Positions 19,056 to 29,711 of a stretch of DNA of 64,000 nucleotides are shown here, in pieces. The stretch is from NCBI GenBank assembly GCA_963675665.1, contig OY776510.1:4576001-4640000 (forward strand), read 5' to 3'. The stretch comes from Spirochaetia bacterium (GTDB lineage: Bacteria; Spirochaetota; Spirochaetia; UBA9216). A program made the translations under genes and the position numbers. The notes below the pieces were generated by a model. It did no database searches and had not been told where the DNA came from. It was given only the letters and a program-made list of their open reading frames with translations. Within the stretch, counting starts at the first letter, position 1, and every line of letters starts with the position of its first letter.

Positions 19056-19094
19056 TACTAATGAATATACTCAGTGTCAAACCATTTTTCAATA

Positions 19095-19430
19095 TTAAGG
19101 TCGTTTCCTGCGCCAGAACCTGAATTTCCTGACATAGCCGCAATTTCCGGGCAGGTACCCTGCAAAAAGCGCGTGGAAAATCGTCATGGGAATACAGCTG
19201 CCGCACTGTCTGAACCGGTTTTCATACACAAGGCACCGGCCGTTTTCAATGTCAAGAAAGGAACAGGGCCGGCTGTAATCAATAAAGTAATGCCGGTTTA
19301 ACGACAAAACACCGGGGATTCTGCGCTTCTGTTTTGCTATCAACCGTCCTGAAACCTTCTCACAACAGCACTGACCGCATTCAAGGCAAATGCCTTCCCA
19401 TTTCTGTTTCAGTTTACCGAAAAAAAGCAT
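19095..19430 (-). CDS. YcgN/YkgJ-like cysteine-cluster protein
   Basis: WEGICLECGQCC, CSFLD..RCLVYENR..C, LPGNCGY. Confidence 0.8.
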   Translation of the reverse strand: MLFFGKLKQKWEGICLECGQCCCEKVSGRLIAKQKRRIPGVLSLNRHYFIDYSRPCSFLDIENGRCLVYENRFRQCGSCIPMTIFHALFAGYLPGNCGYVRKFRFWRRKRP

Positions 19431-19433
19431 TCG

Positions 19434-21488
19434 CTATTTACCGGGCTTAAAATACCCGGACACTTCCCTGCCGCTTCGATTATAAAGAAAAGCCTCAATT
19501 TCAACGGGAATAAAGTCATCCGGCGAAATGTTATTGTTTATTGAATCAAAAACAAGAGTATAACTGCCGTCCGGTTTTGACGTTATTTCGTCAAACATTC
19601 TTCCAAGACCTTCAGGCTGATACAGATACAGATTATCTCCGCCGGTTTCTTCGCATATAAAACTCAGTTCCTCAGAAATACCGTTTTCGCTGGAAACATC
19701 TACACAATAAAAACTTATTCCGTTATTTCTGAGGTATCCGGCAAGTTCTACCGGGTGATACTGTTCGAATGAAAGATTTCCGGCTTTACCGTCCGTAATG
19801 AAAATCACTGTTCTCCGGCCGTGCAGATTAACAAGTTCGGATGCCGCATGCCTAAGGCCGAGATCAAACCGGGCTTCAGCAGAGAACATGCTTTCATCGG
19901 CCGCCGCGGCAATAAACTGCCTGCTGCCTTCTGCAAGATCCGCCTCTGTTACAGGATTCACCCCGGCGCTGACCAGCTTCAGCCCCGCTCTGCTTCCGGC
20001 TGAATTCATCAGTGACTGAACAGCTTTAAGCATATCAGGATGATACTGTTTCATACTCAAATCACAATCCAGAACCACTACAGCTTCAAGACGGTCCGAA
20101 GTATTCCCCTTGTAAACCAGCTCTGCAGTCTTCACAGGATAGCCGTTTTCAGTAACCACAAAATTGTTCGGCGACAGACCGACAAAAGGCTTTCCGGAAC
20201 GATCCGAAACCCTGATATTCGCTGCCACCTCCGGATAATTGGACGCTTCAATCCGATCGATTTGCATCGACAGACCGGAATACATATTTGACAATTCGGT
20301 TAGAACGGTAATTCGGTTCATGTCGAAATCCGCCGTCAGAAGATTTCCGTTTGCATCAATTGAGGCCTGGGTAATCTTTTTTCCCTTGCCGTCAAGATCG
20401 GAGACCAGACGCAGATCGGAATTATCAACATTAATGCTCATAACCCTTCCGGCATCGGCTATCAGCAGCGATCGCTGCCCAAGCCTAGACAAGCCTTCCG
20501 GAGCATACAGCCCGTCAGCTGTAAGTTCGGCAAGATAGTTTCCGCTGTAATCAAAAACCGAGATATTTGCATATTTTGCATCGGCAACATATACACAGCC
20601 GTCGAAACATTCGATACCGGTAGGGTTTCTGAATCCCCTGAAATTATACGACTTTTCTCCGAACGACAGAATATAATTCCCGTCTGAATCAAATTTTACA
20701 ACTCTTCTGTTTCCGGAATCCGTTACATAGATAAAATTCTTTTCATCAACTGCAATATACTGCGGTCCGAGCAGCTGTCCTTCTCCCCTGCCGGATTCTC
20801 CGAACACAGTCAAATTCCTTCCATCCGGAGTGCATCTGGTTATGCTGTCGCCGTTAAATTCTGTAATATACAGATAACCGTTGCCGGCAAGCTTTAAATC
20901 AAAGGGATGATTAAACCCTTCGAGCCCTCCGACAAGCCTGTTTGTCAGTGATCCGTTGGAATTAAACGCAAGAACCTGGTTAGACCCGTAAGAGGTTATA
21001 AAAAACCCTCCGTCGGCATCCGGAAAAACCGATGCAGGACGTCTGAAAAGAACAAATTCTTCCTGTATGCCTTTAAGCTCCATTGCGGGAAGGTAACGTC
21101 CGGCGCCCTGCCTTTCGGCAGCTACGCCTGCCTGCTGTTTCAGTATTTCCAGCCTGTTCACAAGAAGAGAATCAGCTTCCCCGATTGACTGGATTGATTC
21201 CCAGATATGTATTGCAGCATCGGTAAAGCCGGAGCGGTACCACGACAGTCCCAGCCATTCCTGCATTTCCGTGTTTTCCGGTTTATATGCCAGGGCTTTC
21301 TCAAACGCTCTGGCGGCCTCATTGTACAATCCCCTGTGGTAAGCCTTGACCCCCCACTTGAATTCTTCCCGCGCGCTGAGTAAATCCAGATCAATAATAT
21401 CCTGTGCATTGATATTAAAAACAGGCAGAAGCAGTATTGTCAGAAGTAAAACAACTTTAATTTTCTCGAACACTTTCCCGGTTTTCAC
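19434..21488 (-). CDS. Exported TPR + NHL-repeat + vWA-like protein
   Basis: N-terminal TPRs, GQLLGPQYIAVD..IYVTDSGNRRV NHL repeats, VVVLDC/VIFITDG vWA motifs; GTG start. Confidence 0.85.
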   Translation of the reverse strand: MKTGKVFEKIKVVLLLTILLLPVFNINAQDIIDLDLLSAREEFKWGVKAYHRGLYNEAARAFEKALAYKPENTEMQEWLGLSWYRSGFTDAAIHIWESIQSIGEADSLLVNRLEILKQQAGVAAERQGAGRYLPAMELKGIQEEFVLFRRPASVFPDADGGFFITSYGSNQVLAFNSNGSLTNRLVGGLEGFNHPFDLKLAGNGYLYITEFNGDSITRCTPDGRNLTVFGESGRGEGQLLGPQYIAVDEKNFIYVTDSGNRRVVKFDSDGNYILSFGEKSYNFRGFRNPTGIECFDGCVYVADAKYANISVFDYSGNYLAELTADGLYAPEGLSRLGQRSLLIADAGRVMSINVDNSDLRLVSDLDGKGKKITQASIDANGNLLTADFDMNRITVLTELSNMYSGLSMQIDRIEASNYPEVAANIRVSDRSGKPFVGLSPNNFVVTENGYPVKTAELVYKGNTSDRLEAVVVLDCDLSMKQYHPDMLKAVQSLMNSAGSRAGLKLVSAGVNPVTEADLAEGSRQFIAAAADESMFSAEARFDLGLRHAASELVNLHGRRTVIFITDGKAGNLSFEQYHPVELAGYLRNNGISFYCVDVSSENGISEELSFICEETGGDNLYLYQPEGLGRMFDEITSKPDGSYTLVFDSINNNISPDDFIPVEIEAFLYNRSGREVSGYFKPGK

Positions 21489-21507
21489 GTAGCAAAGTAT
21501 ACAACGG

Positions 21508-21666
21508 TTAGATAATTATATCTACCTTTCTCTTTGGGTCGGATGCCGGGATGTCACTTTTAATACCGAGAAATAAAATTGCCTTTATTTCTTCAGCGTT
21601 TGCAACCTTTCCTCTTTTGCCGTAAGGAGATGATGTATTTATGTAATTCATACTTTCCACTCTCAT
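21508..21666 (-). CDS. Small hypothetical protein (52 aa)
   Basis: Likely start MRVESMNY at 21666 after GGGTG SD; in gene run on same strand; ends KVDIII. Confidence 0.55.
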   Translation of the reverse strand: MRVESMNYINTSSPYGKRGKVANAEEIKAILFLGIKSDIPASDPKRKVDIII

Positions 21667-21762
21667 AATAAACACCCGTATTATTAATTTCGACAGATGT
21701 TTATAAAGATATAAGATTTTTTTATACTCCGGATGCGACAAAATTATATTGATAATATCTTT

Positions 21763-22458
21763 TTATCCGAGATTTGCCTTATTAATATTGTCGATCTCGT
21801 CAATCACCGTTCTTAAATGCGCCGCAATTACTTTATTGTTGTTTGAAAGCTCAAAAGCCCGTTTCAGATAATGTCTTGCTTCATCATTCTGGCCTGTTTT
21901 GAAGAAAGCCCAGCCCAAAGAGTCCAGATAGGCAGGGTTTTCAGGTTTTTTCTTTACGGCTTTTCTGCAGTATTCTACAGCTTTTGAAGGATCTATGGCT
22001 TTGTCCGCCAGAATATATCCCATTGAATTCAGTACATTTGCATTTTCCGAATCTATCTCCAGCGCCTTGTAAAGGAACTCAATACTTTTGTCAGTCCTGC
22101 CTGATTCAAAATAGATATAACTGTAATTTGCATATACCTGGGGAGATTCAAAACCCTCTTCAATAAGCTTGTTCAGTTCAAATTCGGCCAGCTTTATCCG
22201 GCCTGTAATCGTATATATATAGCTGAGAATCATCCTGCTCTGGTATATCCTGAGTATATTGTCATGACTGTTTACCACCTGTTCAAGATACAGAAGCGCG
22301 TCGTCCCAGTCTTCGATTTTTGAATAGCATAATCCCAGATAATATGACAGATCCGGGTTTTCAAGAGGCTCATCGCTTACTTTCAGGAACTCCGCAAGCG
22401 CCTGCCGGTATTTTCCGTGTCTGAATAATTGTCGTCCTTCAAGAAATCTATCAGCCAT
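21763..22458 (-). CDS. Tetratricopeptide repeat protein
   Basis: TPRs incl. NVLNSMGYILAD, AYLDSLGWAFFK; start moved to MADRF overlapping surE stop. Confidence 0.85.
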   Translation of the reverse strand: MADRFLEGRQLFRHGKYRQALAEFLKVSDEPLENPDLSYYLGLCYSKIEDWDDALLYLEQVVNSHDNILRIYQSRMILSYIYTITGRIKLAEFELNKLIEEGFESPQVYANYSYIYFESGRTDKSIEFLYKALEIDSENANVLNSMGYILADKAIDPSKAVEYCRKAVKKKPENPAYLDSLGWAFFKTGQNDEARHYLKRAFELSNNNKVIAAHLRTVIDEIDNINKANLG

Positions 22459-23197
22459 CGGACAGTATAAACTCCGCTCTTCGGTATGCTTCAGCCTCAT
22501 CCCTGTTTCTCGGATGAAGAAATATCGGTGATACGGACACAGCTCCTTCAGAAACAGCTTCGGAATCCGTTCCTTCCCCGGAAAAACTGGAACTGCTTCC
22601 GTCAAGAAAGAAATAGCTGCCCCCGCGCGGCCCGTCGAACTTGACTACCTTATCTTCATAAATACGCCGTGACGGGGCAGTAATGCGCACCTCAGAAGGA
22701 AATTCAGGCTGGTTGGGAGTATTTACATTAATAAAATGATCAGAACGCCACAAAGAAAGCATCAGCTCCAAATTTTCCCTGATGAAATCCGCCGTATCCT
22801 TAAAATAAAACGGGGCGACAAAAGTATTTATCGACACGGCGATGCCCGGAAGCCCCATCAGGGCGGCCTGTCTTGCCGCGGCGGCCGTACCAGAATAGAT
22901 TAGATCAGTACCAAGATTGGCGCCGATATTAATTCCTGAAATAACAACGTCGGGTTTATAGGGAAGAGCCCCCAGAACCGAATACATAACACAGTCTGCG
23001 GGACTTCCTTCAACGGAAAAAACCTGGTCTTCCAGCTGGTTGAACCGTACAGGCTCCATAAAAGTTACAGAGTGCGATTTGCCGCTCTGCTGGGTATTGG
23101 GCGCTACTACCCAGATGTCGTGCTCCGAGAAGGATCTTCTCAAAGCATCGAGACCCGGACTTTTTATTCCATCGTCATTTGTCAGCAATATACGCAT
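22451..23197 (-). CDS. surE: 5'/3'-nucleotidase SurE
   Basis: MRILLTNDDG, GSPADCV, SGINIGANLG..YSGT. Confidence 0.96.
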   Translation of the reverse strand: MRILLTNDDGIKSPGLDALRRSFSEHDIWVVAPNTQQSGKSHSVTFMEPVRFNQLEDQVFSVEGSPADCVMYSVLGALPYKPDVVISGINIGANLGTDLIYSGTAAAARQAALMGLPGIAVSINTFVAPFYFKDTADFIRENLELMLSLWRSDHFINVNTPNQPEFPSEVRITAPSRRIYEDKVVKFDGPRGGSYFFLDGSSSSFSGEGTDSEAVSEGAVSVSPIFLHPRNRDEAEAYRRAEFILSDG

Positions 23198-23213
23198 ATT
23201 ATCCTGTTTTTCC

Positions 23214-24374
23214 TCAATCGGCCGGAAAAACTATTTTAACCCCTTCGGAAGGTTCGCAGATATAAATTTCCGGCTCGAACCCGAATATATGCTCATATTC
23301 TTGTAGTCTTTCGTCATAATTGTCAAGGACCCTGGATTCGATCAGCGATACAGTACACCCTCCGAAGCCTCCTCCCGTCATTCTGGAGCCCAGCACACCG
23401 TCCATTTCCTGGAATCGTTTTACAAGCCAGTCCAGTTCAGGGCAGGAAACCTCATAATTATCACGCAAACTTTCATGAGATCTGTTCATCATTCGGCCGA
23501 ACAGCTCAAAATTCCTTGACTTGATTGCATCACATGCATCTATTGATCTCTTTGTCTCGCCTATTACATGGGTGCATATTCTCCGAATCTGTTCAGGAAG
23601 CAACCCCATACCGCCGGTGATGTCTTCAAGTGTATAATCGCGCAGACTTCTTCCGGGTCTTTTGCGGTTCAGGAAATCAACGCATTCTGAACATTGTTCC
23701 TTTCTCTCCTGAAGTTCAGCCTCGCGAACAGCTTCGGTTCCGGGTACGTTTGAATTTATTATAACAATTTTATACTGGTTAAGTTCAAGCGGAAGATATT
23801 CAAAATCAAGACTTCTCAGATCAAGAAAAACCGCCTTGTTTCTTTTTCCGATTGTGGAAATAAACGGGTCGGTTATCTCTGTGTTTCGCCCGACAAACGC
23901 CGCTTCAGCATATGATGCTGCCTGTATCAGCTGGCTTTCGGACATTTCAAACCTGAAAAGGCGGTTAACGGCGGCGGCAAAAGCAACTTCAAGAGCTGCT
24001 GAGGCGCCAAGCCCTATTCCGGGCGGAATTTCCCCCGCTATCGTTACATCCAGGCCCTTGATGGAAAACCCCATATTTACAAGTTCGAAAAGAACGCCTT
24101 TTAAATAATTGGCCCAGCGGTCTTCACGTTTATATTTCAGATTCGGTACTGTCGTGCGTTTTTTTTCTTCGGAATCGGACAGATAAAAACGCAGCGAATT
24201 GTCTTTTCTGGCTGATACTGCAACCGAAACGCTCTTGTTAATAGTCGTCTGGATAACACAGCCTTCGTTATAATCAGTATGCTCTCCCATCAAGTTTAAT
24301 ATTCCGGGTGCTGACGCTATAACTTGCGGTTTTGAGCTGAATTCCTTTTTGTGGCGGGCAATTAAACCGTCCAT
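23214..24374 (-). CDS. galK: Galactokinase
   Basis: NLMGEHTDYNEG, IPPGIGLGASAA, GSRMTGGGFGG. Confidence 0.92.
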   Translation of the reverse strand: MDGLIARHKKEFSSKPQVIASAPGILNLMGEHTDYNEGCVIQTTINKSVSVAVSARKDNSLRFYLSDSEEKKRTTVPNLKYKREDRWANYLKGVLFELVNMGFSIKGLDVTIAGEIPPGIGLGASAALEVAFAAAVNRLFRFEMSESQLIQAASYAEAAFVGRNTEITDPFISTIGKRNKAVFLDLRSLDFEYLPLELNQYKIVIINSNVPGTEAVREAELQERKEQCSECVDFLNRKRPGRSLRDYTLEDITGGMGLLPEQIRRICTHVIGETKRSIDACDAIKSRNFELFGRMMNRSHESLRDNYEVSCPELDWLVKRFQEMDGVLGSRMTGGGFGGCTVSLIESRVLDNYDERLQEYEHIFGFEPEIYICEPSEGVKIVFPAD

Positions 24375-24413
24375 TCTGATTCATATTAAAAGATATAACA
24401 AATATTTGCAAAC

Positions 24414-24449
24414 AAAAAAAAAGAGATCCATGAAAACAGGGATCCCTTT
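24414..24449 (-). terminator. Intrinsic terminator of rho-rpmE
   Basis: AAAGGGATCC-loop-GGATCTCTTT plus T-run on minus strand. Confidence 0.75.
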
Positions 24450-24495
24450 CTAACAGTTGGAAATGACGGCTCTGCGGCCTCCTGAAAATTCAGGA

Positions 24496-24705
24496 TTATT
24501 CTTCGGACTTGATACCGTACTTCCTGTTAAACCTTTCGACACGGCCTGCAGTATCAACAAGTTTCTGCTTTCCTGTGAAAAAAGGATGGCATTTTGAACA
24601 GATTTCAATTTCCATATCTTTAACAGTAGCTCTGGTTTCAATAACATTTCCGCATGCGCATTTAATCTTGGTCATTTCATAATTTGGGTGTATTCCGCTT
24701 TTCAT
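24496..24705 (-). CDS. rpmE: 50S ribosomal protein L31 (Zn-binding type)
   Basis: [29 protein letters not shown]; SD GGAGG before 24705. Confidence 0.97.
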   Translation of the reverse strand: MKSGIHPNYEMTKIKCACGNVIETRATVKDMEIEICSKCHPFFTGKQKLVDTAGRVERFNRKYGIKSEE

Positions 24706-24716
24706 GTCTACCTCCA

Positions 24717-26492
24717 TTAATCGGCACTTACTCCACCGGTGTTCATCGACCGTAGGAAAGCCTCATTATTCTTTGTTTTTCTCATTTTGTCAATCATCAG
24801 TTCGGTGATCTCCATATCATCCATCGGACCGATAACCTTTCTCAGGACCCACATCTTGCCGAGCTCAGCTTCTGATAACAGCAGATCTTCTTTTCTTGTT
24901 CCCGATTTTTTGATATTTATGGCCGGGTATAGTCTTCTGTCGGCCATTTTTCTGTCCAGATTAATTTCCATATTACCGGTACCCTTGAATTCCTCAAAGA
25001 TAACCTCATCCATCCTGGAGCCCGTGTCAATCAGCGCCGTGGCGACTATCGTCAGGCTACCGCCCTGTTCCACATTTCTTGCAGCCCCGAAAAATCTTTT
25101 TGGTTTATGCAGCGCGTTCGAATCAACACCGCCTGATAAAATCTTTCCTGATGTCGGCACAGTCTGGTTATATGCTCTTGCAAGCCGGGTAATTGAATCA
25201 AGCAGAATTACAACATCCTTTTTATGTTCAACAAGACGTTTTGCTTTTTCCAGCACCATTTCGGCTACCTGAACATGCCTTGTGGCCTGCTCGTCAAAGG
25301 TGGAAGCTATTACTTCACCCTTGACGTTCCGTCTCATGTCCGTAACTTCTTCCGGGCGTTCGTCAATCAACAGAACCATCAGAAATACTTCGGGATGATT
25401 GGTTGTTATAGCATTTGCTATCTGCTGCAGGAGTATTGTTTTACCTGTTCTCGGCGGAGATACAATCAGCCCTCGCTGTCCTTTTCCGATCGGACAGAAA
25501 AGGTTGATCATACGGGTAGACACATCTTCCGTTTTAATCTCCATATTGAGCTTTTCATCCGGGTAAAGGGGCGTCAGGTTGTCGAAGGGGATCCGGGTTT
25601 GAGCTTCCTGGGGATCGTTAAAGTTAACTTTCTCAACCCTGAGCATTGCAAAAAACCGTTCGCCTTCTTTCGGAGGCCTGATTTGCCCGCCGACGGTATC
25701 TCCTGTCCGCAGGTTAAACAATCTTATCTGCGAAGGAGAAATATAGATATCATCAGATCCCGGAAGGTATGAATTCTGCGGAGACCTGAGAAAACCGTAT
25801 CCGTCAGGCAGAATTTCCAGCGAACCGTAGGCATAAATCAGTCCGCCCTTTGTTGTATGCGCCTTGAGAATGGAGAAAATCACCTCCTGCTTCTTCATCG
25901 ACATCAACTCTTCACTGGAAATGTTATATGAACCGGCAAAATCTCGGAGATTCTTCATATTCATTAAAGTCAGATCGTTAATACTTAGCTTTTCACCGTC
26001 AGAAGGAATAATTTCTTCATTTTTCTTGAATCTGTTGTAGCTTTTTTTATTATAACTCCGGGCTGCAGGCTTTCGATCGCCGGATTCAACGGAAGATGAA
26101 GTGTTATCTTCAACAGCTTCGGAAGAGTCTTCGGCTTTCACAATCTCAACTCTCACCTTTTTCTTTCTGGGTCTCCGTTTTGGAGAAACAGGCTCTCCGG
26201 TATCCGAAGTTTTTTCATCATTTTTTCCCGTTTCAGCTGACTGCCCGGAGTCGAAATCCGTTATTTTTTCCTCAACGGGGGCTTCTTTTTCCATAGGTTC
26301 AGTGTTCGGGATTTCTGCTTCAGGCAGATCCTCAACCTTTTCAGGTTTTTTGCTTTCATCATTTTCCGAAGCAGTTTCATCAAGATTTAATTCCTGTTGA
26401 GCAACAGCCGATACAGCTGCGTCTTCTGAAACAATTGCTGTTTCCGAATCGGAAGATTCAATCACAGCCTGCTTCTTTCGAATAATTGCCAT
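24717..26492 (-). CDS. rho: Transcription termination factor Rho with long N-terminal extension
   Basis: [42 protein letters not shown]. Confidence 0.97.
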   Translation of the reverse strand: MAIIRKKQAVIESSDSETAIVSEDAAVSAVAQQELNLDETASENDESKKPEKVEDLPEAEIPNTEPMEKEAPVEEKITDFDSGQSAETGKNDEKTSDTGEPVSPKRRPRKKKVRVEIVKAEDSSEAVEDNTSSSVESGDRKPAARSYNKKSYNRFKKNEEIIPSDGEKLSINDLTLMNMKNLRDFAGSYNISSEELMSMKKQEVIFSILKAHTTKGGLIYAYGSLEILPDGYGFLRSPQNSYLPGSDDIYISPSQIRLFNLRTGDTVGGQIRPPKEGERFFAMLRVEKVNFNDPQEAQTRIPFDNLTPLYPDEKLNMEIKTEDVSTRMINLFCPIGKGQRGLIVSPPRTGKTILLQQIANAITTNHPEVFLMVLLIDERPEEVTDMRRNVKGEVIASTFDEQATRHVQVAEMVLEKAKRLVEHKKDVVILLDSITRLARAYNQTVPTSGKILSGGVDSNALHKPKRFFGAARNVEQGGSLTIVATALIDTGSRMDEVIFEEFKGTGNMEINLDRKMADRRLYPAINIKKSGTRKEDLLLSEAELGKMWVLRKVIGPMDDMEITELMIDKMRKTKNNEAFLRSMNTGGVSAD

Positions 26493-26590
26493 AATATCTC
26501 CAGTAGATTATTTATACCAGTTGGTTCGTATTTCAGTATTATTAAAAAACATGCGGGCAATCGAAAAACATAATTTTATTCGATACCCTT

Positions 26591-26619
26591 AATATAGTCA
26601 CTCGATTATTAATTGTCAA
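26591..26619 (-). promoter_or_regulatory. Sigma70 promoter of rho
   Basis: TTGACA-17bp-TATATT. Confidence 0.65.
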
Positions 26620-26660
26620 GGGACGATAATCCGAAAACCTGTCTGATTTTTTTTGGGTAA

Positions 26661-27074
26661 TCAAACAGAACGGGCTATTTCCTTAAGTTTATCAACGCCG
26701 GCCGAAAAAATATCGATAGTTTCCGGGTCACGAATCATTCTGCAGCGACCTGTAAATTTTACACCGTCGGCAATTCTTATTCTGGTTGATTTTAAATCTC
26801 CCGCAACCTTGCCTCCGGTAAGAATTTCTATACGCTCAGCAGCACTGATATTCCCGTTGACAACCCCGCTGACTATTACAATCTTTGCATTAATATTTGC
26901 ATTTATTTCGGCTTCAGAATCTATATACAGTACGGCATCCGATTCTATCTCGCCTATAAAACTGCCGCGTATTTTCAGCGGCTTGCTGAATTTCAGATTG
27001 CCGTCCAGCTTTGTTCCCGGCTGAAGCACAGTTTCAATTTTATCAAATTTGGTAAATTCCGTCTTTTTTCCCAT
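26661..27074 (-). CDS. Bactofilin (polymer-forming cytoskeletal protein)
   Basis: Beta-helix pattern TKLDGNLKF..LKIRGSFIGEI..VNGNISA..VAGDL. Confidence 0.9.
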   Translation of the reverse strand: MGKKTEFTKFDKIETVLQPGTKLDGNLKFSKPLKIRGSFIGEIESDAVLYIDSEAEINANINAKIVIVSGVVNGNISAAERIEILTGGKVAGDLKSTRIRIADGVKFTGRCRMIRDPETIDIFSAGVDKLKEIARSV

Positions 27075-27097
27075 ATTATTCCGATACGAAGTTTAAT

Positions 27098-27319
27098 TCA
27101 CTTGGTTGTCATTACGAAAACGCCGTCCCAGTCTTCCGGCGGGGGAGAATCGATATAATGCTTGCATCTTGCAAGATAAACCTTTGACGGTCCGTCCTCC
27201 GGATCTACTTTCAGAGCCTTGACAAAAGATTCCCTGGCAGCATCAAATTCCATAAGCTTGTAGCTTTTTCTGCCTTCTGCAAAAAACTGTAAAACTTTTT
27301 TCTTCTCTTCAGTAATCAC
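27098..27319 (-). CDS. Small single-TPR protein
   Basis: FAEGRKSYK...ALKVDPEDGPSKVYLARC..PPEDWDGVF. Confidence 0.75.
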   Translation of the reverse strand: MITEEKKKVLQFFAEGRKSYKLMEFDAARESFVKALKVDPEDGPSKVYLARCKHYIDSPPPEDWDGVFVMTTK

Positions 27320-28053
27320 ACTGACGCCTCTTCGTTTAAGTTCTCTTCCCTTAATGCTTTATATCGTTTTTTAAACTTATCTTCAAGATCTTCAAGCGCA
27401 CTTCCGTGAAAACCTTCATCTTCACTGTTTTCAAGCTCGGCTATCTCGGCTTCAAGACCGTCGATGGCCGCCAGCGCTTCCTCACTTTCTTTCTGAATCA
27501 TTTTAATAATTTTTTTAACTGCCGCTTTGTCATCAGGATCTATGGACGAACTGATTTTATAAAGCTCAGCCATGGGCTCCTTTATATGCGCGGTAAAAAA
27601 CTTTAAAGATTCATTTAAAGACTCAACCGTCGACAACCGCTTTTCACGCGCCACAACCTGCCTGGAAAGAACCCTGTTCTTCAAAACCGCCCTTATCCTT
27701 GCATAAACCTCGGAAAAATTAAAAGGTTCGGTTATATAATCCTCAATTCCAAGCTCAAACCCTTCTACCTTGTCGCGCACTTTATCCATTGCAGAAAGCA
27801 TGATAATCGGAATATCCCTGTATTCAGCATATTCCTCACTCTCTTTCAGAAGGCTCGTAACCTTCCAGCCGGACAGGTTCGGCATTATATTGTCCAGAAT
27901 AATCAAATCGGGTTTAATCTCTTTAACTTTTTCCAGAGTTTCGTAACCGTCTACGGCTTTATATACATCAAAACCGAGTTTACCAAGCGTTACCTCAAAA
28001 AACTCAAGATTTACGGGTTCATCGTCAGCAATAAGAATTCTGGTTTTTTCCAT
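27316..28053 (-). CDS. Response regulator receiver protein with helical C-terminus
   Basis: ILIADDE, LIILDNIMP, IIMLSA, DYITEPF. Confidence 0.88.
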   Translation of the reverse strand: MEKTRILIADDEPVNLEFFEVTLGKLGFDVYKAVDGYETLEKVKEIKPDLIILDNIMPNLSGWKVTSLLKESEEYAEYRDIPIIMLSAMDKVRDKVEGFELGIEDYITEPFNFSEVYARIRAVLKNRVLSRQVVAREKRLSTVESLNESLKFFTAHIKEPMAELYKISSSIDPDDKAAVKKIIKMIQKESEEALAAIDGLEAEIAELENSEDEGFHGSALEDLEDKFKKRYKALREENLNEEASV

Positions 28054-28091
28054 ACATATTAATAATGATACACTTATCAGTTCTTGTCAAA

Positions 28092-29711
28092 TCATTTTGA
28101 TTTTCGTAAAAATCTCCGGACAATACTGAAAACAACGCCGCCGGATAACAACACAATCGATACAACAAGAATCAAAACGGCAAACCAGTCTCCCCATTTC
28201 GTATAAAGAGTATCTGTCTCTTCATATACCGGAACGGAATTGATCATGTATGCCTCCTGAAACGGTTCAATCATTTTCGTTATTTCACCGTCGGGTTCGA
28301 TTGTACAGGTTATGCCGGCATTTGTGCCCCTGACCATGGTTCTGCGGTTTTCCACAGCCCTGAAAACTGCCATTGCCGTATGCTGCATCTCGGCCGGTAT
28401 GGAACCGGACCAGGAATCATTAGTCATATTTACAAGAATCTGCGCGCCTTCGTTTATAAATTCACGCGAAAGATAACCGAACACATCTTCAAAACATATC
28501 GGTGTACTGAACTTTACTCCTGCGGCTTCAAAAACCGTATATTCTGTTCCCTTTTCCCACCAGTGAAAATCGCGGTCCTTCAGCGCCTGATAAAACCTCG
28601 GCATTATATGCCGGTACGGAAAATGCTCGGAAAAAGGCACAAGATGGGTTTTCCGATATGTCTGTTTAAGCTCGCCGTCATAAAGCAGAACGGCATTATA
28701 GTCGACGCGCTCAGGTTCCCCGTTTTCATTCGGCTCAAGCTGTCCGTCGTCGTTGCCCATTACATACGGAATTTCCTGAGTGGCAAAAAACTCTTTTAAC
28801 TCTTTAACAAGCCGGTACCTTTCAGGATCCGTCCTGTAGCGGGTATGCCAGTCTATACCGGGTACGAAACATGTTTCAGACCAGATCATCATCTCGATAT
28901 CGGGGTCCTCTTCAAGAGCCTGCAGGCTGAGATCAATCAGCTTGTTTTTATTGCTTTCGAACTGCCTTGTGCCGCCTTTCCAGCTGTCGGCATTGTGCTG
29001 AACAAATCCCAGCTTGATATGAGGCGAGTCCGAAAAATCAGACGGAGCTGAAAAACCGAAGATCAGAACAGCAATAAAAACCGCTGCGTAAATATAAAGA
29101 AACAGGCGGTTCTTTTTCACAAACGGTTTAAACCCCGACAGGCCGTTTTTAAGTGCGTTACCGAGAAAGGCCGATGGCAGCACGACCATAAGCGACACAA
29201 ACCAGAACCCGAAAACCGATGATATCTGTATAAACGGCAGGAAAAGATATTGGGAATATCCCAGATTGCCATACGGATAGCCCAGAAACCCCTTTGTCTT
29301 GAGAAATTCATATGACAGCCAGAGGCCGGCTTGAAGAAGAAATCCATAACGGGGGAAAAGCCTGTCCGCAAGTTTCAACAAAGGAACAAGGACAAGAAAG
29401 TATGAAGCGTATATTACATATACTATAACGCCTGCAAGGGGGTGAAAAGCCTCCAGCCAGTAATTAAAAAGAACGTAGCAGACGTAGCCGTATGTAACAC
29501 CGTATATAAACGACCGCACCCACCCGCAACGATGCAGAACTATAAAAAGCGGAACAATACAGATAAACGCGAGAGGGAAAATTCCCCAGAGGCTTATCAC
29601 GCTTGGAAAAGAAAGGGCAAATAATACCGCGGACAGGGCAAGCAGACCAATTTCAATGAATATCTGCCTGAATCCGGTGCTTTTTCGCACAGTTAATACT
29701 TTTTCATTCAT
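28092..29711 (-). CDS. lnt: Apolipoprotein N-acyltransferase
   Basis: TM N-terminus; WSET, YRKTHLVPFSE, ICFE, NMTNDSW, RAVENRR. Confidence 0.95.
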   Translation of the reverse strand: MNEKVLTVRKSTGFRQIFIEIGLLALSAVLFALSFPSVISLWGIFPLAFICIVPLFIVLHRCGWVRSFIYGVTYGYVCYVLFNYWLEAFHPLAGVIVYVIYASYFLVLVPLLKLADRLFPRYGFLLQAGLWLSYEFLKTKGFLGYPYGNLGYSQYLFLPFIQISSVFGFWFVSLMVVLPSAFLGNALKNGLSGFKPFVKKNRLFLYIYAAVFIAVLIFGFSAPSDFSDSPHIKLGFVQHNADSWKGGTRQFESNKNKLIDLSLQALEEDPDIEMMIWSETCFVPGIDWHTRYRTDPERYRLVKELKEFFATQEIPYVMGNDDGQLEPNENGEPERVDYNAVLLYDGELKQTYRKTHLVPFSEHFPYRHIMPRFYQALKDRDFHWWEKGTEYTVFEAAGVKFSTPICFEDVFGYLSREFINEGAQILVNMTNDSWSGSIPAEMQHTAMAVFRAVENRRTMVRGTNAGITCTIEPDGEITKMIEPFQEAYMINSVPVYEETDTLYTKWGDWFAVLILVVSIVLLSGGVVFSIVRRFLRKSK

